From the sequence record MF443784.1: 9,895 nt of DNA. One strand, written 5' to 3'. Shown here piece by piece: positions 1 to 5,809 of the stretch (its first letter is position 1; each line of letters opens with the position of its first letter). The translations under genes were made by a program, and so were the position numbers. Under the pieces are notes generated by a model. It did not search any database and was not told the origin of the DNA. It was given only the letters and a program-made list of their open reading frames with translations.

Positions 1-354
1 CCCCCCCCCCCAACTCGGACCACGGCAAACCCCACGTGCGGACCATAAGGGCGACCTTCAACTCCCCTATTTAAAAACCCCCCCATCCTTTCATCACAAA
101 TTCACGCAACTANACGCAACTGACCAACGTCGGGCTAACGGGCGGGGTTAATAAACGTTCAGACCACGAAAGCTTATATAGTTGTTTCACACGCGTGCAA
201 AAAATGGGTTTTAGGGAAATGAGTGTAATACCCGTCAAAGTGAGGCAATTCGTGTTAGGGCGGGTTTGACGAGTAGTTTCGGGTATTATGGAAAACCCAA
301 CGTTTCTCTCCAACATGGCAAAATCCTTTTTAACCCCCCCATCACGACCTTCCG
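1..354 (+). repeat. Left inverted terminal repeat (354 bp), starting with C11
   Basis: Reverse complement of 9541-9895 (position i pairs with 9895-i). Identity ends after TTCCG at 354. N at 113 corresponds to G9782 and so is C. Confidence 0.98.
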
Positions 355-408
355 TTTACTAGGCAAGTGTCACCGTCCACAAATTGAATAGGTAGGGTGG
401 GCTAAACC

Positions 409-434
409 AAGTGAAGAAGAAATCTCCTTCACTT
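409..434. promoter_or_regulatory. 26-bp imperfect palindrome (operator or hairpin) upstream of the first ORF
   Basis: AAGTGAAG-A-AGA-AA-TCT-C-CTTCACTT: 11 of 12 arm positions pair. The function is inferred. Confidence 0.5.
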
Positions 435-497
435 AATTCTGTGCGGCCGAGTTGTTTCGGTCACGGGTGTCCTTCTTAAGGGTTTAGTAAGGTTACC

Positions 498-857
498 ATG
501 TCGTCCAAAAAAGAGTCTCAAAAAGGTGGCCTCAGCCTTGACCAGTTTTTTGATGCGGTGAAGGATGAGGTCGTTCTCCTACGCCTGAACGCGGGGGACT
601 ACGTCTTCCTAGAGGACGTGGAGTTCGAGAGTGTGAGGGTCTCCAAGAACGGTAATAAGGTGGTGGACCTGAAGGGTAGGATCGCCCAGACCAACACTAG
701 CCTCATGCCAGGACAGATGGTCCGTTTCACCACTTCCATACCGAACGCCATGGAAGTTGCCACGTTTCTAAAGCAGGGTATGAGGTACATCCTCATCAAG
801 AAGGGGGACCGCATATATGTTAATGGATATGTTGAGTTACCGAGAAAGGCACAGTGA
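498..857 (+). CDS. Hypothetical protein (119 aa), beta-rich, possible OB-fold ssDNA-binding protein
   Basis: ATG-started ORF and first gene of the left operon. Alternating hydrophobic strands with turns (LNAGDYVFLEDVEF, VSKNGNKVVDLKG, YILIKKGDRIYV). The fold is inferred only. Confidence 0.75.
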   Translation: MSSKKESQKGGLSLDQFFDAVKDEVVLLRLNAGDYVFLEDVEFESVRVSKNGNKVVDLKGRIAQTNTSLMPGQMVRFTTSIPNAMEVATFLKQGMRYILIKKGDRIYVNGYVELPRKAQ

Positions 858-1167
858 AGTCTACTTGGTTCAGCCCTCCCTTTTTGCCCCCTACGACCTC
901 ACGAACAGGAAGTTTTCCGTCCAGATGCACACGATATACCCTAGGAGGGGGGTCGTCACCAGGCTGACCCTCCCCCAATTCGTCGTTGGTGCAGTGTTGG
1001 AGGGCATGACCCTACGGTTCGAATACCCATACTACCTGACTTGGATGAATTGGGTAAAGGGCTATCCATGGTCTCTCGTCCCCGTTCTCAGGTGTGAAGA
1101 CCTGATTGAAGAATTCGGTATAGTGAGGGGGGTGTTGTTATGCAGAAAATTGGGCCTGAGGAGGTAG
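817..1167 (+). CDS. Hypothetical protein (up to 116 aa)
   Basis: Fills the gap between ORFs 498 and 1140 and overlaps both. Several ATGs (817/823/829) make the start uncertain. No motif recognised. Confidence 0.65.
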   Translation: MLMDMLSYRERHSEVYLVQPSLFAPYDLTNRKFSVQMHTIYPRRGVVTRLTLPQFVVGAVLEGMTLRFEYPYYLTWMNWVKGYPWSLVPVLRCEDLIEEFGIVRGVLLCRKLGLRR

Positions 1168-1535
1168 TGAGGTACATCCTGGACCATCCCGCGACCATAA
1201 TATGGTATAAGGAGTATATCACGGGAAAGACGGGGAAACCGTTCTTCACTGAGGTATACAGTAAGGACTTCGCCGAGAAGGGGGTGGCCGTGGACTTAGT
1301 CACAGTGAACTGGAGCCGAAAAATCATGATCTTGGTCCCTGTCAAGACGTCGTTGGGGATAAGGGGTTCTGAGGTGGTCCTAACGGACCCTAGACGTGTA
1401 CTGTGGATGGGGGGAGACATCCCCTTCCTAGGTAACTGGATGTTTTACGCTAAATGGGCATGGTATGTGGCCCAAACACCACGACACCCACTGAATAAAT
1501 ACGTAAGGAAGAAGATGAGGGAGGAGGGTGTATAA
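1140..1535 (+). CDS. Hypothetical protein (131 aa)
   Basis: G-rich SD-like tract upstream; its TAA overlaps the next ATG (TAATG). Trp/Tyr-rich with a basic C-terminus. Confidence 0.8.
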   Translation: MQKIGPEEVVRYILDHPATIIWYKEYITGKTGKPFFTEVYSKDFAEKGVAVDLVTVNWSRKIMILVPVKTSLGIRGSEVVLTDPRRVLWMGGDIPFLGNWMFYAKWAWYVAQTPRHPLNKYVRKKMREEGV

Positions 1536-2080
1536 TGCCACAGGATAACCCCGATATGGGGAACATAACACGTGCGGGGTACCGAATCACGACCCGATGG
1601 ACGTGGGATGACATCAGGAGGGCCATGTTTTGTTTCGAGACGGTCTCCAACGCGAACCAGTTCGTGGGGTGTGTAAGGAAGAGGAGGACGGACGCTCTTG
1701 CTCTTTATAGGTACCTGAGGGACGTGAGACAGGGGACGGGCCTAGTCTGGGAGCTGTTGCCCCCGTCATTCGAGGAGGAGGGGTCTAACCCAGGGGGGGA
1801 GGGGACTTGTTTTACTCTCGTAATCCCAGATACCTACTTCTATTATCTTTGGGTAGACCCATCCGAGATAATCTCGGACATCTTAGCCACGACGTCATGG
1901 GAGGTGTCCTACCCAGGGGCCTACCGAATTACCAGACCTCCCGCGAACGCAGACGTGATATGGTGGCCCATGCGACCTGAGTACTTTACATATGTTATCT
2001 GTACAGGTCAGCCTAACCCTGCATTTCAGCAGGCCCTGGACCAGTATGTACTGAAGCTAAAGGAGATCCTAGGTGAGTAA
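1535..2080 (+). CDS. Hypothetical protein (181 aa); terminal-protein candidate by position only
   Basis: GGAGG SD upstream, translationally coupled, largest ORF of the left arm, and directly upstream of the AEP-like gene. Confidence 0.8.
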   Translation: MPQDNPDMGNITRAGYRITTRWTWDDIRRAMFCFETVSNANQFVGCVRKRRTDALALYRYLRDVRQGTGLVWELLPPSFEEEGSNPGGEGTCFTLVIPDTYFYYLWVDPSEIISDILATTSWEVSYPGAYRITRPPANADVIWWPMRPEYFTYVICTGQPNPAFQQALDQYVLKLKEILGE

Positions 2081-2081
2081 A

Positions 2082-2411
2082 ATGATCACACTGGACCACG
2101 ACATCCCGTTCGACCAGTATAGACAGTCGGCGAAGGGCCAACTCGTATATGAGTTTTGCAGGATGTTCCGTGTGAGGTGTTGGTATAGACGGTCAGCGTC
2201 GGGAAACGTTCACGTCGCTATGGACATGAACGTGGACTTCCTTAGAGAATTGGAAATCAGGGCAATCCTTCTCGACGACCCCATGAGGATATTGAACGAC
2301 TTGCGTCGGCACGCATTCCACGTCCCAACGGGTAGGCTCTGGGACGTGAAGGTGGACAGGGAAGGCAAAAGGCAGGCGGGTCAGTGGGAGGTCTTGTTTT
2401 CCCCTGAGTAG
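2082..2411 (+). CDS. Minimal archaeo-eukaryotic primase (AEP)-like protein (109 aa; 112 aa if the GTG at 2073 is used)
   Basis: Motifs in AEP order: I ITLDHD, II RRSASGNVH, III LLDD. GGTGA SD at 2072-2076 favours ATG 2082. The ORF is solid; the function is inferred from motifs. Confidence 0.6.
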   Translation: MITLDHDIPFDQYRQSAKGQLVYEFCRMFRVRCWYRRSASGNVHVAMDMNVDFLRELEIRAILLDDPMRILNDLRRHAFHVPTGRLWDVKVDREGKRQAGQWEVLFSPE

Positions 2412-2413
2412 GG

Positions 2414-2419
2414 TTTTTT
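2414..2419 (+). terminator. Archaeal oligo-T terminator
   Basis: T6 immediately after the stop of the last gene of the left operon. Confidence 0.55.
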
Positions 2420-2444
2420 ACTCCACATATCCTACTTGTATCGT

Positions 2445-2822
2445 ATGAGTCAAAGTCAGCCTACTCAGGAACAAACCCCCCCACAAGAGGAGGGGAAGGA
2501 CGAGAGCCAGTGGACGGAATGTGAAGTCTGTGGGAAGAAAGTGCGGATGAACATGTACAAACGTCATATGTCTGCGGTGCATGGGTTCATTACGAAAGAG
2601 GAGTACCAGAGGCTCAAAGAGGAGGTGGAGAAGACTATACAATCTACGATACACAGTGCACTCCAGGAGCACTGGAAGGGGCACTACAAAAGCTTAAGCG
2701 AACTTCTTGAGGAAGGGGAAAAACATGCCGAGACGTGTCCTACATGCCAAAAGGAGTTGGAGGAGTGGCTCAAGAAAAAACGGAACGAGAAATACAAACC
2801 CGCTAATAGGAAGTGGCTCTAA
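2445..2822 (+). CDS. C2H2 zinc-finger protein (125 aa), putative regulator
   Basis: CEVCGKKVRMNMYKRHMSAVH = C-x2-C-x11-H-x4-H (2520-2582), plus a C-terminal H..H..H/CPTC cluster. ATG 2445 is preferred over TTG 2436. Confidence 0.8.
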   Translation: MSQSQPTQEQTPPQEEGKDESQWTECEVCGKKVRMNMYKRHMSAVHGFITKEEYQRLKEEVEKTIQSTIHSALQEHWKGHYKSLSELLEEGEKHAETCPTCQKELEEWLKKKRNEKYKPANRKWL

Positions 2823-3284
2823 ATGACCAAGAAGAAGAAGGAGGAACAGGAGGCCCCTAAGGAGGAGGGGCAGGCCACTCCCGAAACCCCAAGTCCTGAA
2901 ACCCCTCAGGAGCCTCAGAAGGAAGACCCCGTTCAGGTCATCATGAGGCTGACGACCGTAATACAGGAACAGCAGAAACGTATAGACCAGTTGGAAGCAA
3001 ACCTCAACAGCGTGATGGAATTCCTGAAGGCACAATCCCAGGCACCCCAAGGTCAGGGAGGAGGAGGGGGTCTAGTGGAGGCACTAGTACCCCTCTTAGG
3101 GAAGTTGATGGAGCCTTCGAAAGACCCCCTACGGGATATCGCCCTAGAACTAATGATCGACAGCATGAAATCGAACGTTGAGCTCTCGAAGGCCATAACA
3201 CAGAAGATCATCCAAGGGGTGCAAGACCGAGTCGCGAGGAACGTCGTGGAGACTGTCGCCACGGGGGTGATTACACACGAATGA
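2823..3284 (+). CDS. Coiled-coil protein (153 aa)
   Basis: ATG abuts the previous TAA. Disordered E/P/K-rich N-terminus, heptad segment (LTTVIQEQQKRIDQLEANLNSV), poly-Gly linker and a helical C-terminal half. Confidence 0.85.
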   Translation: MTKKKKEEQEAPKEEGQATPETPSPETPQEPQKEDPVQVIMRLTTVIQEQQKRIDQLEANLNSVMEFLKAQSQAPQGQGGGGGLVEALVPLLGKLMEPSKDPLRDIALELMIDSMKSNVELSKAITQKIIQGVQDRVARNVVETVATGVITHE

Positions 3285-3318
3285 GCGTATTAGAATTATC
3301 AACTTAACAAGGAAGTTA

Positions 3319-3441
3319 ATGATTGAACTGGGGGTGGGTACGTACTACCCCATGGTACAATACCGTCTTACCAGTCTCCCAGAGGAACAGATAAAGAGGG
3401 CGTATAAAATCATAAGGGATGAGGTGAAAACGTGGCCATAG
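3319..3441 (+). CDS. Small hypothetical protein (40 aa, MIELGVGTYYPMVQYRLTSLPEEQIKRAYKIIRDEVKTWP); not in the supplied ORF track
   Basis: Hand-translated. AAGGAAG upstream; fills an otherwise empty 150-bp gap and overlaps the next gene start by 10 nt. Confidence 0.6.
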   Translation: MIELGVGTYYPMVQYRLTSLPEEQIKRAYKIIRDEVKTWP

Positions 3442-3749
3442 TCCATGAGGAGGTAACGTTTCATACTGAAGTGGATGATGAGAGCGTAGAGGCAATCAGG
3501 AGGATCATAAGGGACCAGTGTGGAGAAAACCCAAAGCCTGAATGTTGGGGCCCGTTGGTGTGGTCCATGTTCGACAGCGTGGCCCGTGCCATCCCGTGCC
3601 CAAAGTGCCGAGGGGAGGCACTGGAATTCCTGACCTTTTTGCATGATTTAATTAACATACAGAAGGGTAGTGCTATATACAATACCCCGCAATTCCTTAG
3701 GAAGAAAAAGGAAGAGATACTGAGCCTACTCAGGACCCGAGGGATATAA
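3432..3749 (+). CDS. Minimal Erv1/Alr-like FAD-dependent sulfhydryl oxidase (105 aa)
   Basis: GAGGTGA SD before the GTG. WGPLVW ... IPCPKC ... FLHDLINIQKG..IY mirrors the Erv/Alr signature (WGPxxW, PCxxC, HNxVNxxLGK) with internal deletions. Confidence 0.7.
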   Translation: MAIVHEEVTFHTEVDDESVEAIRRIIRDQCGENPKPECWGPLVWSMFDSVARAIPCPKCRGEALEFLTFLHDLINIQKGSAIYNTPQFLRKKKEEILSLLRTRGI

Positions 3750-3757
3750 TATAAATA
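3750..3757 (+). promoter_or_regulatory. TATA box (TATAAATA) for the core structural operon
   Basis: About 30 bp upstream of ATG 3788, which lacks an SD; typical geometry for a Sulfolobales leaderless or short-leader transcript. Confidence 0.6.
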
Positions 3758-3787
3758 GGAGAACTGATGTAACTATGGTAGAGAGCC

Positions 3788-4054
3788 ATGGTGTCCAATA
3801 GAGAACTCGCCAAAAGGCTCAGCCAGTCGGCCAGGGAGGCGTGGAATTCAGAGGAGGGCATGAGGATCAGAGAGGAGCTAAGTGCAGACTCTGCCTCCTA
3901 TGGGGCGTGTCTGAGGAGAGTCATGGAAAGTGGAGGAGGCAGTCGTGGTTACAAGGATTGCGCGAGGAGGTCAGGAATAGGTACGGCGTTTGCCAGTGTC
4001 TGGGGGTCTACAAAGGCCTATGGTAGGCCGATGGTGGAAGTAGTAGCGAGGTGA
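3788..4054 (+). CDS. Small Arg-rich protein (88 aa), putative DNA-binding virion core protein
   Basis: First gene after the strong TATA box. R/S/G/A-rich and helical with two Cys (Cx16C). The function is inferred from composition and position. Confidence 0.75.
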   Translation: MVSNRELAKRLSQSAREAWNSEEGMRIREELSADSASYGACLRRVMESGGGSRGYKDCARRSGIGTAFASVWGSTKAYGRPMVEVVAR

Positions 4055-4059
4055 CCTAG

Positions 4060-4389
4060 GTGGACTTCTCCAGACAAACGTGGGAGGGGCCAGTGGCTGT
4101 TGGCGTCGGCGGGTACGTGTGGAACAAGGTAAAGGGGAACACGCAAGTTCAGACGTTCGTGAGCAAGGTAGGTGGCAAGACGAATGCAGGGCTCATCTTA
4201 GTGGCCCTAGGCGTAGTCGCTAAGGCATACAAACCCGAGTCAGAAGCCATGAATATACTGGGGTACCTGTTGGCGGGACTCGGTGCGGGGGCACTCGGTG
4301 ACGACTTGCCCGCCACTGGGTCACAGGCGACGTTTACGAATAAAAGCCCAGAGTACCCTAGTCCAGTTAGTGGGGTGAACGTGCTGTGA
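4060..4389 (+). CDS. Putative virion membrane protein (109 aa)
   Basis: GAGGTGA SD 5 nt before the GTG. Hydrophobic Gly-rich helices (AGLILVALGVVA; ILGYLLAGLGAGALG). Confidence 0.8.
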   Translation: MDFSRQTWEGPVAVGVGGYVWNKVKGNTQVQTFVSKVGGKTNAGLILVALGVVAKAYKPESEAMNILGYLLAGLGAGALGDDLPATGSQATFTNKSPEYPSPVSGVNVL

Positions 4390-4799
4390 AACTCTACATG
4401 AAAACGATTGAGATCCAATATTCCATCCCTGCGAGTGCACCATCCGAGTCACAGGTGCCTGGAGTGTTCATAGACCTCTCCAGTGGCACTAGCCAAGGCC
4501 AACTCCAAGTCCCCGTGAACCAAGAGTGGGTCATCATAGACGTCTACAACAGGGGGTCTCAGGACGTCGGCGTAGATGCCGTGGCGACGTTCACTAAGAA
4601 CAGCGTCTCCAACGTCCTCACTACGGACCCAGTCTCATCCCTGAACATCTCGAACCCATCCAGACCAACCTACCCGCCAATACAGATGGCCCCAGGGACG
4701 ATATTGACCTCCAAAGTCACTACGCTCACGTCCAACGGCACTAGTGCGGCCGTGGATAACCTATTCATAAAGGTCAAGATCATAGACTACTCGCAGTAA
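4386..4799 (+). CDS. Putative major capsid protein, single jelly-roll type (137 aa)
   Basis: GGTGA SD and GTGA overlap. All-beta pattern with about 8 strands and no TM segment. Last gene of the TATA-driven operon, before a T6 tract. The fold is inferred. Confidence 0.6.
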   Translation: MKLYMKTIEIQYSIPASAPSESQVPGVFIDLSSGTSQGQLQVPVNQEWVIIDVYNRGSQDVGVDAVATFTKNSVSNVLTTDPVSSLNISNPSRPTYPPIQMAPGTILTSKVTTLTSNGTSAAVDNLFIKVKIIDYSQ

Positions 4800-4818
4800 A
4801 CACGCGTAAGACATCTCC

Positions 4819-4824
4819 TTTTTT
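4819..4824 (+). terminator. Archaeal oligo-T terminator
   Basis: CTCCTTTTTTAGT 20 nt after the stop of ORF137; the same TTTTTTAGT occurs at 8559. Confidence 0.6.
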
Positions 4825-4847
4825 AGTAGTATTTCCTTCTTTATAGT

Positions 4848-5525
4848 ATGGCATGCCAGACTATACAAGACCTATCGATAGGCCCGTACACCATAGAATC
4901 GGGTCAGGTCTGTGTGGAGGGCACTACCTCAGGGACGGCTAGCCTGACTATGAAAGTGGGGCCGTTCACGTACACCAAGACTATCCCATGGGGGGCGGTA
5001 AACCCCCAACAGACGTTGGGTACGTCCTCAGGGAGGGTCTACCTTATCGGGACGAACCCCCTGTCGTCACTCCTAGTGGACGACGTCCTAACGGTGGCTG
5101 AGTATGCACAGAAAGTGGCGTCGTACTTAGGGTACAGCGGTTCGTTTTCCATAGTGAACGTGGGTTTGACGAATGGCTCAGACTGCAACGACTGTGTAGT
5201 TTACGTGGACTACGTCGCCTCTTCTCCTCCTCTTGCGGTAGCCCTAGTGATCGCTCTCGTGATCGTTTTCGTCATAGCTATCGTATTGGGTATCTATTTC
5301 ATTTCGGCCGCGATAGAGAGTTTTCAGCCCGCACCTCCCACGCCCCCTCCTCCAGGGAGTCCCCCGTCCCTGTACCAACAGTACTACCAGGAGTACGCCC
5401 AGTATTTGAAGGAGAAACAAACGGCCTCAATCACGGGAGGGGTATTCGGCACGTCCACGGCCCTAGTGGCGTTAGGGATAGCCATTTTAGCCTTCTTGGC
5501 GTTTACTGACCATGGTGGGAAGTGA
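4848..5525 (+). CDS. Membrane-anchored virion protein (225 aa, two TM segments)
   Basis: Beta-rich N-domain with 4 Cys, TM1 LAVALVIALVIVFVIAIVLGIYFI, Pro-rich/YQ loop, C-terminal TM2 ALVALGIAILAFLAF. Confidence 0.85.
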   Translation: MACQTIQDLSIGPYTIESGQVCVEGTTSGTASLTMKVGPFTYTKTIPWGAVNPQQTLGTSSGRVYLIGTNPLSSLLVDDVLTVAEYAQKVASYLGYSGSFSIVNVGLTNGSDCNDCVVYVDYVASSPPLAVALVIALVIVFVIAIVLGIYFISAAIESFQPAPPTPPPPGSPPSLYQQYYQEYAQYLKEKQTASITGGVFGTSTALVALGIAILAFLAFTDHGGK

Positions 5526-5809
5526 TGGTGTACCAGATATACGACGGGCAATACACGGTTTACCCCGTGGGAAACCCCCAGGTCACGCTCATCAGGGTAG
5601 ACGTAGCGGGGAGAGTGAAAATCATGATCCTCCCCACGGTGTCAGAGGCCCTTCAACTGACCCTGAACGGAAACTCAGGTTACCTGAACCAGGGAAACGT
5701 CCTCTCGGCGGGAAATTGGTACGAGTTCGAATACGTGAGTTGTGGGAAAGACATCATAAGCATAAATGGGACACAGCAAGGAGTTTACCTTAGGGTGATA
5801 GTGTATTGA
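5522..5809 (+). CDS. Small beta-rich structural protein (95 aa), possible turret or minor capsid subunit
   Basis: GTGA overlap with the previous gene; alternating hydrophobic strands throughout; lies in the structural operon. Confidence 0.8.
   Translation: MMVYQIYDGQYTVYPVGNPQVTLIRVDVAGRVKIMILPTVSEALQLTLNGNSGYLNQGNVLSAGNWYEFEYVSCGKDIISINGTQQGVYLRVIVY

Noticed and set aside
103-122. Tandem repeat or other ITR repeats as a CRISPR array or iterons of a plasmid
   Set aside because: Only two 10-bp units with no spacers; no cas, rep or transposase genes.
110-316. 68-aa ORF in the ITR (mirror copy at 9579-9785)
   Set aside because: No SD, no recognisable protein features, and it overlaps repeat and TATA motifs. 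Not called as a CDS; kept only as a possibility for the right copy.
288-362. ITR-started ORF MENPTFLSNMAKSF..., 24 aa on the left and 69 aa on the right minus strand (9398-9607)
   Set aside because: The shared start with different tails follows automatically from the ITR boundary; no coding evidence.
1218-1241. YITGKTGKP as a possible Walker A (also DSGKT near 7975)
   Set aside because: Lacks the G at the start of GxxxxGK[ST], has no preceding hydrophobic strand or Walker B, and the proteins are too small or in the wrong context.
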